The position numbers and the translations under genes were made by a program. The notes beneath the pieces are model-generated. The model was not told where the DNA came from. It saw only the letters and a program-made list of their open reading frames with translations, and searched no databases. A stretch of DNA of 64,000 bases from Utricularia gibba (Eukaryota > Plantae > Magnoliophyta). Shown here in pieces: positions 52,210 through 64,000 of the stretch (positions are counted from its first letter, which is position 1; each line of letters opens with the position of its first letter). The stretch lies in NCBI GenBank assembly GCA_002189035.1, contig NEEC01000012.1:1488001-1552000 (forward strand), in the 5' to 3' direction.

Positions 52210-55147
52210 TCAGAGGTTGTATTGAAAAGATGCCAAAGCGAAGCCAGAGGATGGAGCAACTCCTCTGGTTGATGATGCATTGGGAACAGAGCTGGATATC
52301 ATAAGAGGGTGAGCTTGAATTCGTTTCTCTCGGATCAATTTGTAGCGATGTTACCTGAAAGAAAGGGACAAGGAAGGCTCCACTGATGCTGCTTTCATGT
52401 GGTAATTGGATGGAAAGAGTGACCACATCCCTGGAAAGAGCAAAGTCAAGTATTACAATTCTGTGAAAGAATAAGGTGCTTCCCCATATTTGAACTCGGT
52501 GTTTCCCACAGTCTACATGTCTAGGAGGAGCAAGAAAAATGTTTTGGGTATAAAAAAAACAAGTGACTTTTGGACGCAGCATAGACCTGGTTCTTTTGCA
52601 CTGTAATTTTGAATGTTCCCTTTGTTAACTCCCATACGACACATGGATTTACCTGATTCCTGGGAGTTATCAATGAAACCAGGGTAGAGCATCACATCCT
52701 GTATGAAACAGGGAACACCTTTAGTAAATTGTGACCTCTTAGCAATAACAGATGACAAGAAGAACGTGAAGGTAATGAGCTTACCCTCTCGGCACAGTGA
52801 GTTTTGCTCGTCATCTCTGCAAGAAGATTTGGTGGTCAGAAATTTGATCTCCCTTGAGGAAATGAAATGAAAACACTTGTAGTCAAGGTATTTGTCTACC
52901 GAAGCTCCTCTCGCTGGAGTTTAATGCCAATGTCAAGCCCAGATAGCACTTATCTTTCTTCTCGCAAAAATCTCCAAGGTTGAGTTCAAGGTTTGGTTCA
53001 GATCCTGCACAGGAACAGCGAACATTAGGAAAAACAGAACCACGCAGCACAAATTTTTATCCTACCAATACAGTTACCGAGATTTAGTTGCAGAGTATCT
53101 GACAGAGGACGAGGAACCCATGTGGCAACCTAAAATATGACGAAATTAAGTACCTATATTTCAGTCATGGTGCAAGCTTACACAAAAACCTGCAGCATAT
53201 TACATTAAAAAAGGGGTGTCGCAAGCACTCATCCGCTGAAGGTCTCTGTAATGGATCCCAAGAAAAAAGTTGCTGAAATTGAGAAGCAGAACGCGTAAGC
53301 ATCACTTTTTCTGGTCAAGTGTATCATACATATTCAGATTCCACAGGGTACCTTAATCAGGTCAATGGCCTCGAAGCTTGCATTAGGAATGACAGCGGAA
53401 ATTCCAGTTGCTCGAATCTGTTTAGCCAATTCAACAATAAATGGCCAGAAAACGGTATCAGAAACAAAAAGAAATCAACCAAAAGATGCTTTCAAGGGAA
53501 CTCACATCAGAATAGCTGAGATACGACAACAGAGAAAAATTTGTAGCATCAGGGAATGTTTCCCAGTCTGGCAATCCGAGAACGCAGCAGATCTTGTATA
53601 ACTGATCCATTTCACTAGTCAGAAGAACAAGATATCAAGTATGAATGACCACTTCATCACAACATACTCTAATGCTATAGAATCAGGGAAAGCCTCAAAT
53701 GCACTATCTTATCCTATGTAAATCACAGTTACATCGGGATTTTCTAGATAACAGTCAACCAATGTGGAGACCTCGCGTCAAAAGCATCCATATTGATAAA
53801 ACTTCTATCGTGCGAAAATACATTTGCATCATCACATCAAATCACCTTTGCCCCGGAAATACTGGAGACAAGGTGAAAAGCTCAGCCATTATTGCGCCAA
53901 CAGCCCACATATCTGAAAGTTTTATAGATCTTAGTATCACACGAAAAAAAAATGAAAGATATATATACTTTGATCAGCAGAAAACAAAAGGTATATTTTA
54001 TATTTAAACAGAAAATGATAAAGAAGAATGATTGATAATGCGAGGACAGGAATTCATAGTCCAAGCAGGAGGAGCAGTACATACCAACAGCAGGTGTGTA
54101 GTATGATGACCTGAGTAGCACCTCTGGAGCTCGATACCTTTCAAAGAAAAAAAGGTACAATTATGATGAACATAGAATCAGTTAGATAGATCGGTATTGG
54201 CAAAGAACACTAACCAGCGAGTAGAGACATAATCAGTAAAAGGAGGTGACGACAAAAACTCCCTAGCCAGTCCAAAATCCGCAATCTTGATTAGGTCATT
54301 TGTCACCAGCAGATTCTCTGGAGATGGAACACTTTCATCACTTGACTGGCTAGGGCTAGAAGTGTGAATTAACACAAGATTTTAGTAATACCAGGTTTTA
54401 GATCCCTATGAAAATATCCATTTTTATGTACGTGTGCGAGTCCCTGTAGCACCTGTGACATGAACCCTCGTATCTCTTCCTCAGAAAATGATGTTTTCCG
54501 ATACTTCATTATTTGATAGAGATTGTGTTCCTGGCCATATAGAGCCAAGAAAATGTCCAAGGCATTTAGATTTCACGCACAAAAAAAAGAAACACAGTTA
54601 ATCTATACCATGTATTCGAATATGAAGAATAGTTCACTGTTCTGTTTGACAATCTCCAGCAGTGTGATTATATTAGGATGATTCAGCCTACGGAGGGACT
54701 GCATTTGCCAGTCAAATTCAGAATTTTAGTAAGTGCAAGCAAACCATTCGATTAGAGGTATATTCATCAAATTTAAACTATAAAAGTCTATGTTTAACAG
54801 GCATACCATTACTTCACGTAGGTTCATACATTCTTCCCAGTAATAGAACTTTCTCTTCATTTTTTTAACTGCAACCTGTAGAGAACACAGCAAAACCAAG
54901 AGCATCTCAACGAACACCTTAAATGGCTACATAAAGTGTGCACGCAGGTTATTTGAACTGAGGAGAAATAGATTAACTCACAATTTCTTTAGTTTCTGTA
55001 TTTACAGCTTTGTACACAGTGCCGCAAGTACCATCACCAAGCTCATCATAAATTCTATATCTGGAAGAGAATGTACGACGAAGCATAAGCATAGAACTAC
55101 AGATAACAGAAGAATCAAGAAAATGTAAGGGGTACTTACTTATCCAT
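52210..55147 (-). CDS. MHK: MAK/ICK-family Ser/Thr kinase (MHK-like)
   Basis: 17 exons, all phases consistent (55147-55140, 55060-54982, 54875-54807, 54698-54609, 54530-54392, 54317-54215, 54137-54085, 53912-53846, 53614-53506, 53417-53352, 53272-53204, 53129-53078, 53004-52900, 52816-52785, 52698-52653, 52430-52355, 52291-52210). Motifs: [69 protein letters not shown]. 5'UTR exons extend to about 56500. The exact C-terminus is less certain. Confidence 0.92.
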
Positions 55148-57950
55148 TGTTTGGGTTAGAGAACTCGACCAGCAAATGACATATCAAGGAGTTTGCGCAC
55201 CTTTTGTAGAAGTTGGCATGCTACGTAAACATTTATCCTCAACTAAACTTAAGTACACATCTGTCCTTTTGTCTACCAAATAATACAGCATGTAATAAAG
55301 TGGCTGCTTTTCATAGTAAGCATGATGGTATATGAAAAACGATGTTAGCAACATGCTTACTGCCAGCCTGAACTAGCTGCAAGCAGATTATCATTTAAAC
55401 ATAACCACCATTCCTAAAGCATCATCGCAATTCCCAGATTTATCTGCAACACCGAAAAGGAAAATTCAAGCACCCTAAACATCAACATTTAACTTATTTA
55501 CAAGATGTCAAACACTGCTGACATAGTTTCCTGAAAGAAACATAATATCCCGAAGAAAGGATGCACAAAATTAACATGCAACAAAGGCAAATACATAACC
55601 CATAAAGCCTTTTGCTGCCCAACGAAGGATGAAGCATGCAAAAGGCCTCAAGGACCAATATAACACCTCAGGACTTTAACGTTGAGGGAAAAAAACATAA
55701 ACAACGGGCACTTCATGTCTCGTGCATGCACCTTGTCTTATACCTAAATTAATCAGACCTAGTGACTTTTCCCAAGCATTCACCAGTGAAAGGAATGGTA
55801 AAACATCAGGCGCTGAATCTCTACCACGATTTTCAAGGGCCTTTAAACCGCTATGCCAGTGAAAGAGAACAACGTGTGATTTTTTCCCTTTTTGTATTCA
55901 CCTTTTTTAATTATCACCTTTTTTAATTATATTATTCAGCTCCAAAAAAAAAAAAATTCCGGCCAATTTTCCGATCTCTTCAAAAATTGAAAATATCGAT
56001 CCTACCGCAAGTAAATACAAGAATAGCTGGAGAAAAATTGCAATATTATAAAGAAATATGAGTACACAATTAAGGAATCGAAGTGCGTAAATAGGCCCAT
56101 CATGATGCTAATACCAAAGATATCAAGACCAGACGAAAAAATTACACAAAAAAGATCGAAACTTCTTCGAAAAAAAAAACAAAATCCAACACGAAGGCCA
56201 CAAAATACGAATAAATTTCAATTTCAACCAAACGCGAAAACTCGCGAATTGCAGTTACAAACCCAACATCTAAATCTCATTCAACTGACCTCAAACGATG
56301 CAGTAAACCAGGAAGAAAAGGAAAAGATCTGGGATTAGGGATACACGTCGAGCAAGAAAAAAATGGGATATTCCCACGACAATCGGAGGACGATATCGCA
56401 AAACAATGGCGTGAGAATTTGATACTGGTGAATCGGAAACAACAAAGAAAACCGAAAACCAAAATCTGGAGAAGGAATCAAGGAACCAACGATCCGGAAA
56501 GAATACTGAAACAAAATTCCCAGTAGCGAAGGAAATCAAATAAAAGGTTGTCAGAGAAACAATAAATATTTTTTTAATAATTGTTTGGGATAATAAAAGC
56601 GATGGACACTCGAGAAGATTCGGACCCATCACGTTATGAAATGACTGTATTGTCCTTGCAGCCTTTACTAAATTGCCTGAATATTATATTCATTATTTAT
56701 TTTGTTAGTTTGGATAATAATAGAAAAAAATTCCAAAATCACGGAAAAAATAAAATTTTCCATGACATGATCCATCATGAGAAAAAAATATGAATAAATT
56801 GATTTAAATTTAAAATATTTTCCATAGATAAACTTAATATAAAACATTTAGAATATAATTTAAATTATTATATTTAAAATAAAATAATATTTTCTCTTAT
56901 TTTTCATAAATATCAAGGTATTGTTCAATACATAGATTTGGGATTGGTTTATGATTAATTTATAAAATTTTGATTATTTGATATTAATAATGGTGAAATA
57001 TTGTTGAAAACATGTAACATTTTGATTCTATCTTATATTGTTTAAAATAGTAATATTAATTACCTTATTTGAAGGGTTTTTTGATCAATAATTTTAATTA
57101 TGTTTTACAATTATCCACATAACATCTTTTTAAATAGATATGTGTAAATCCAAGGAATTATATATGAGATTATTCTGTAATTTGAAATTGTATGTTAGAT
57201 TATATAGAATAAAATTAATTTTAAAATTATATGAATAAATCAGTTTCAAATTATAAAATTATTTTATTTAATAAAATAAAACATATTATAAAATTTAATG
57301 TATTTTATTATTATATAATTTAATGACATCATATAAATGTATTTTTAGAATACATAAAAAGTTATTAATATAATTTTACTAATTAATTTTTTATTTAATT
57401 ACTAAGATATAGATTTAATAAATTCAATCATTTCTAAATTTAATTATAAAATATGAATTTCTAATTTTAGTACAAAACAATTTAAAATTAGAATATCCAA
57501 AAACTAAATAAAATCACTTCAATAAATTATAAAAATAAAACAGATTTTATATATTTTTATAACTACATATTTAGATTTATCTACATTCAAATAATGTAAA
57601 CTTACAAAAATATAAATCAACCAATAATATATAACAAATGGATTTAAAATTAATAAATTAAATTTTTTAGTTAAAAAGTATATTTTTTTAATGAATATTC
57701 ATTTTAAATACAATATCTTCTAACACTGTTTCTTAATTTCTCATTTACCTTCCAAATATGTGTCCCCCGGTTAGCAAGAATCAGCATCATCTAAATTATA
57801 AAGTCTATATTCACTCCAACCAAATTCAAATTTAAAGAACTGTGCATTTACATGTATTTCAACTGCAACTGTGCACTTCATCAGAGGAAGAGGAGCTCAC
57901 AATTTACAAAACACACACATGAATCTTCCCAGCAGAAGGCATTCAGTCTT

Positions 57951-59780
57951 TCATTCCATCTTGTAACCCCAGCCGTGCTTCTCCAAATATGATCGGACTG
58001 CTTCCTTGATGGCAAGGTTCGGAACTAGCTGCGAAGCGCGAAGCGGCTCTCGTGTCACGGGGTCGAATTTGCCCACCTGAATGAGAAACACAGCTTAGTT
58101 TCTTGTTCCTATGGTTTAGGAGGTGTGCTGATGAATACCATAGAAGGTTTAAGGTAACCAGGTCCAGGGTGTGATGAGTTCTCACCGTCTTCAGATGATT
58201 GAGGATCACAGCTCTCTCGTATGTAATCCCACTGGGCGTGATCACGGGATCCCGGAAGATATCTAAGGTTATTTGGCAGCATAGATACTCTGGAATCTGG
58301 ATTTTGGACTTGGGATTTAGACACATCATGTGGAAGAAGGAGAGAAACAGAAAGAAGCTTGCCTCAGAGGGGTGTCGTCCTCTGCAGCTCTTTCAAACAC
58401 TTTCTGTAATTGCTCCATCACTTCAGCGAGGGAATCAGGAATGTCATCCCCAGAGACTTCGCTCTGAGACATCCTACTGGCATGCTTAGAAGAAGACAGA
58501 GCTTCCTCACATGCTTCTCTGGGAAGGAGAATCAAGGAAAGCAATGATGTGTAAATATGCATCGTGGTGATCAGAATAAAGGATGCTGATGGAATAGAGT
58601 GGAGTATTCACTTCAGTTCTCTAAGTTTGATGGAGCGCTTGGAGGACTCGTCTTGCCATGCTAAGTATTTCGCCCTCGCGAGCTCTTGCCATATCTCCTC
58701 TACCATGTAGCCATCCATATCTGCACCCCTTCCAAGTTCCAACGCCTAGATGATGAATACCGATGAGCTTGGAGAAGGGATTTCCTCGTTGAATCAAAAA
58801 AATGCTATGATCCAGATGAGAACAACCACGTACTTTTTCCAGTTCTCTGACGCCAACTGCATATTCCTTCTTCTGCAGCAATGCAAGGCCTAGCATATAA
58901 TGCGCCTACTTGGATGAATACAATATCAGCACATATCAAAATCTACCTTTCTATTACATACCAAGCAATCTCATTACAGCCATCTGACAACGAAAAGATC
59001 CAAAGAAGATAAACAATTCAGGATGAAAGCCATCTTAGCCCTTTTCAAAACAACAGTTGCCCTTGGGAAAATATGACATAAATTACACGAACTAAGCCAC
59101 AGCATATGCGTCATACCAAGGACCCGTCGTGTCGCCTACTTTAGCTAAAGAGTATCTTCCATTTTGTTTCTTCCATTTTGTTTTTTCCATTTTCACTCAT
59201 CATAGCTTACGACTACATCTGACTACCATATTATGCAATGCAAATTGGATTCGTGAAACAGGAGAAAGATTTTCCACTCCATGTAAAACTTTGTGATGAT
59301 AATATAAGCTTCCGCAACTAACCTTAACCGAACGATGATCGAGCTTAATGGCGCTTCTACAGTCCTCCTCAACCCTCGACCAATCACTGCACGCAAAAAT
59401 TCAGCAAATGGGACAACGAGGTAAGCATACAACCTATTGGAGGTAACATACACCGCAGAAGTTGAACGAGAGAGGTGATGGTTATACATACTTCCGCTTC
59501 CGGTGGCAAAGAGCGCGGTTGGTAAAATAAACAGGCACGTTGGGACAGAGCACGATGGCCTTGAAGACCCAAGAGAGGGGAAAAGAATGGAAATCTTAGT
59601 CGAAAAACCTAGACGCAGATATCATCACCCAGATCATGAATAACCACAAAGCAGATAAAAAACCTCAGTGTAAGCATCAATAGCGGCTCCGATTCGATCT
59701 TTCTTGAAATAGTTGTTACCCTCTAACTTAAGCTGCTCCGCCTGCCTGGCTACCGCCGACACCGCCTTCGCCCCAGACAT
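57951..59780 (-). CDS. CHIP: E3 ubiquitin ligase CHIP (TPR + U-box), with a 1-bp frameshift before the U-box as assembled
   Basis: Exons 59780-59664, 59559-59492, 59386-59323, 58905-58834, 58745-58612, 58518-58363, 58296-58186, 58076-57951. TPR motifs: EGNNYFKK...AAIDAYTEAI...YFTNRALCH, AHYMLGLALLQ. U-box: IPEYLCCQITLDIFRDPVITPSGITYERAVI...FDPVTRE...LVPNLAIKEAV. Exon 6 ends in phase 2 at a GC donor while the next acceptor is phase 0. Confidence 0.92.
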
Positions 59781-60758
59781 TTCCGCTGAAGACGGTGATT
59801 TTTAGAATCGAATTGAGGGTTAACGAAAGGATTAGGAAGAAAGGAACAAGAAACAGGATTAATTTCATTGATTAACCACCAATCGGAAGAGCGCATCAAC
59901 AAGCTCCTCGAAATGTCCCGCCTACCATTTGAAAATCTCCGACTACTCGCAAGCCCTAATCTTCCAGTTTCCGATGAACGGAAATCTTTTCAACGCCTGT
60001 CTAAACACGTTTCCTAACAAGGGGTGTTACTGCCCTAATATGGTAGGGACGAAGAAACAGAGATAGGACAGTTACTGTATTATAAATTCCTTTAACAAGG
60101 AAGGAACTCCTACCCTAACGCAATCTGGTCTCTGATGGGGCGGTGAAACTACAGTAACATTTCACGGTTTGTAGCGTGTGACTGCGGTAACTTTTGGCGG
60201 TTTACTGCTTTCCCCGCCCTCGCCATGGGGCTATGGTGTAGAAGCTCTGTAGATCCGGAGAAAGCAGCAAGATAGTGCGGTGCAGGTATATGTAACGGAA
60301 GGCCGGCGAAATTTGAAGGCATATCTAAAAAGATCAAGTTTTGATCTTTCCTCAGCTGCCGGCACCGGAGCAGAATGATCACGGTAAATCTCCGCCGTCA
60401 GCTTCCCCATTCCTTATCTGAACACAATCAGCGCCTCTGTCTTCTAGTTTCTAACTTTCATTGCAGCCACTGGATCAGTTGTCGTTTTCCATTAGAAACT
60501 CAAGTGGCAGCTAAGTAATTAAGCAGGGAAACCTCTCCTAACTGCAGATCCATTTGGGTATTGTTATACTGACCATTACAGATGGCTGAAGTTCAAGGAG
60601 AACTTGTTCTAGTGGTACCTGAATACAATTCCATAAGAGAATGGACCCATACTACAGCGTTTGACCTAAGCCACGACCCAAATTATGTGTCTTTTCTATC
60701 AGCATTCCCAAACATGCGGGGGAATCTCAATGACTAACGAACTAAAAGGCTACATTCA

Positions 60759-63748
60759 TCACCTCATAAGAAATGGTGCGGCTGTAGTGGGAGGAGTAGC
60801 TCCTGTAGGGTGTCCCATTCCTCTATTCTGGTGTCTCCGATCAACAAGAAGTTTTGGAGACTTGGCCTTCGTAGCTGGCTTCGAAGATCTGTTGATCAGA
60901 ATAAGAGGTGTTGGAAAAATATTCTGCCAAGGGCGACCAATCTTCCTAATGAGACTGACTACTCACCTCTGGGGTAAGAAAACACGTTCGAAGTTAGGTG
61001 CTGGTCTTGCATGTGGAATTAGTGTTCTTCGAAGTTGTTTCAAAGCCTTCTCCTCTTCCATCTATTGCCCATGTGCCATAACGAAAACATGAGAAAAAAA
61101 AATCTTATAGTATATGATGTTACGGGGATTTACCATTTTTGCGGATTCTGCTTCTTCTCTGTATCTCTTGTAAACTATTTCTTTCTCCTTGACCTGTGCA
61201 TAAGCAATCATCATACAAGCTCAATGCGTTGTGAAACAGCAGCGCTATTGACAAGAAAGTGTTATACCTTCTTGTCAAATTCTGCTCTATCAACCGCCCT
61301 GTGCTCAACGTGTAGATTGAACTCTTGAACTTCTGTCAGAGGTTTTCTTATTTTCTCAGGAACTGGAATGGGGTCCCTGTTATGGACAAGAAATTATTTC
61401 GTCAGCAGTGATGATAACAGAGACGCAGTTAGGCAGTAGAGACACAAGCAGAGACATACTCCTTCAAGATAGGCAGCGCCTTAAACTGTCTCATTTGGGC
61501 TTCTTCCATTTCCTTCCTTCTCCTTTCTTCAATTTCTCTCTGCATCTCCTCTTCGTGCCTTATCAGGCTTTCCAGTTGAAAAGGTTCTGGTTTCGTGCAA
61601 GGCTTCGGCTCGGGCTTCGGTGGCACCTCAGGGAAATCAGTTGTGTAAGGATATGGATGAGCTTTTGGTACCCTGGCCCATTCCTCTTCCAGTTGTTTCT
61701 GTCTAAGCTCTTCGGCCAATCTTTTTTCTTTCTCAGCTCCTCTTTCCTGGAAAAAAGGACCGACACAGAGAGGTTAAAGACAAGTCAATGTGAATATAGC
61801 CTGGCAGAAGAAACCTAAACCCTGATACCTCTGTATAGAGATGGAATGGATTTGGAGTGGTATTCCTAGGGAGTTGCCTCTTATCCTGTTGTGCTTCTGA
61901 ACTTATCGAGAGCTAAAAGTGATTAGGAGGGACAAAGAAACGTATCAGAACTCTGCTGGAAAGGTGGAAATGCAGTATACATGAATTCATGGAATGCTGC
62001 CATCTCCTAACCTTGTCAAATTGATCTAAAACAGCAGATGGAGGCGGGATTCTCTTATCGATGGCAAAGTTAAATTCTTGAGGTACGGTAAGCTGCTTCT
62101 TCATGTGGCAGATCATTCCCATGTCTCCCTTACTTTCAAAAATCTGCGTGAGTTGAAAAATAGAGATTAAAGAACAGTCTACATTTAGAGTATCATCAGC
62201 AGTCTGCATACCTTTCGATTCAATGGTCTTGCCTTGAACTGTGGAATACTCGCAAGCTCCTCGGTCTCTACTTCATCAGAACTCTTGATCTTGGGAGGTC
62301 TTGCCCGGAGAGATGTTCGAAGAGCAGGCGACCTTGGTGCAGTTAGATGAGGCTTCCACTGAGAGCTCTGGAAATAACCACATGCAAATCCCCAATATGA
62401 ATATGACAAGCTGGTAGAATTCCATCTTCAATATGATCCAGACGTTGTTACTTTAGCTCTAGACATACATACCTTAACCTCGGTAGATTCTGTTGACGCT
62501 ACAGTGGATGTGTCGGAATTGTAATTGGCCTTTGCCATTGTCTGCAAATGGAACTCCTGTGGAAGTAGCAAATGTCTCAAACCAAAAGAACAAAAAGGAA
62601 ATAGAAGACAATGAATGCATACCCGAAATTCAGGGGCATGTGGAGTACTCCTGGGTAATGGTGGCAGCGTAGGTGCCTCAAAAATCTGGGACAACAAGCG
62701 TAAGGGACCCAAGTCCAGAAGTTTATAGGAACCAGAGTATGGGAACAGCTATGTCTACCTTCTTATTTAAGGGGCGAGCCTTAAATTTTGGTATTTTAGC
62801 CATCATTTCTTCTTCCAATTCAGCTGTACTCTTGATTTTGATAAACCGCACACGTTGTGATGTCTCAAATTCAGGTGTCTTTGGCCTTGTCAGTGTAAGT
62901 TTAGGTTTTCCGTGCATTGCCCCATCAGCATTTTCCTGATAATAAATTGATTGAAGATGATCAAAACAAGTACCACCTTCATATTTGAAGGGGAAAATAC
63001 AGAAGCTATTCATGAATTACCTGTGAAAGAGTGCCATTGCGAGGCAAGGAAAGATCTCGTGTTCCCGACTGGAACTTCCTCATGATTTCTGCAGCAGAAA
63101 CAAAGGGTGCGACAGGAGGTTCTCTTACGTAAATCTGAAACATGGGAAATGGAGTTATCTTTCACAAAAATTCTAACTAAAGGATCATGCTCAGTAGCTA
63201 ATGCTGACCTTTCTTTCTTCTTTACTGGTTTTCGTATTCGTGATGCTGAATTTAGTACTACTGTTGATAATACCAGCCTTTGTTTTGTGAGGTAGATTAG
63301 GAGCTTTAGTGACGGTTAGAATCTGAGAAAAAACAGATATTCGATAAAACCATCCATCGGATGTGAAATTACTAACAACATGTGAGCAATGGTAACAAGG
63401 TATGAAAAAACTGAGAAAGGAATGCACCTGGCGAGATTTACCCCCTTCCAACTTTTGTCTCTTGATCGCTTGGTTTTCATGGGCAAAGTTTGAAGCGCCG
63501 GAACTCTTCTGAATATTTGTATCTCTGAGAAAAGTTAGGAGTATCTTTTCAATGAACAAAAAAAGGTACTTTGATTTCACAACGGAAAATTGATGCACAA
63601 TTGACCCACCTCCTAATACTCCCTGGCTTGGTGTTGCTTTTGGCTTGTGATTTTTGCATCTGTTTCCTTGAGTTGAGGGATGAAGGGTTGTGAAGCACAC
63701 TCGCAATCTTTTTAGCTGCCTCATTTTTCACTTGGGCAGGGGTGCAGA
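60759..63748 (-). CDS. TPX2: Protein TPX2 (spindle assembly factor); 5' end lies outside the window
   Basis: About 15 short GT-AG exons read open: NQAIKRQKLEGG, PFVSAAEIMRKFQSGTR, KLTLTRPKTPEFET...IPKFKARPLNKK, PQFKARPLNRK, PNPFHLYTEERG, PYPYTTDFP, TEVQEFNLHVEHRAVDRAEFDKK, KQLRRTLIPHARP, KSPKL...MR* (stop 60761-60759). Confidence 0.93.
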
Positions 63749-64000
63749 CTGAAAAGCATAAATTTTGCGGATATGTGATTTTCAAAGGTCATTGCAATTG
63801 CAAGTAAAACAATATTATGAGCACAGATATGAACTTGACCTTGAGCAGCTTCCATATGAAGGGAAGAGGATGTCTTTGTTGCAACACAACTGTGTATTAA
63901 CAATGTAGATAGTTATGTATCTGAAATGGTTTACGTATTCAACAACAACAGAGTGTATGTGAAAAAGAGCATACTTTCCATTTTCTATGGAACTCGCCTC

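Noticed and set aside
54225-54240. TDY activation loop in MHK (Arabidopsis MHK recalled as TEY)
   Set aside because: TDY is the normal MAK/ICK-family state, so this is not evidence of novelty.
56790-57720. Extremely AT-rich tract between MHK and CHIP
   Set aside because: No TIR, TSD, periodicity or ORF could be supported. It is treated as ordinary intergenic or decayed TE DNA.
61810-61826. CCTAAACCCTGA, resembling a plant telomerase-RNA template or telomere repeat
   Set aside because: It is the reverse complement of a TPX2 intron 5' end (GAG|GTATCAGGGTTTAGG). There is no USE/TATA Pol III promoter, and it is a single copy.

Overview
AT-rich, intron-containing nuclear DNA from a flowering plant (eudicot; asterid/Lamiales-like by recalled protein similarity, low confidence). 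Gene order: DDT/PHD chromatin protein PTM (-, runs off the left edge); decayed Ty1/Copia remnant; alpha/beta-hydrolase (+); fragmentary HYL1/DRB1 pseudogene (-); ICR/RIP ROP-interactor (+); EAF1 (NuA4 scaffold, -); a 15.3-kb nested transposon stack; short NINJA/AFP-family gene (+) with an ABRE/CE3 promoter; MHK/MAK-type kinase (-); CHIP E3 ligase (-); TPX2 (-, runs off the right edge). The stack is a Copia element with both LTRs, holding a Harbinger nested in a Harbinger plus two Gypsy solo LTRs. I joined the exons by hand and checked their phases. PTM, the hydrolase, ICR, NINJA and MHK are in frame, and TPX2 reads open across the exons I translated. EAF1 and CHIP each lack one base in a C run, and EAF1 also has a stop in its ancestral N-terminus. 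These lesions are either real decay of duplicate copies or assembly errors, which the sequence alone cannot separate. No tRNA, rRNA, CRISPR array or bacterial/organellar insert was seen. I cannot support a wholly new biological system. The least-explained items are the GC-rich segment between CHIP and TPX2, the repeat/palindrome cassette inside the Harbinger element, and the lesions above. Family assignments rest on remembered motifs, not database searches.
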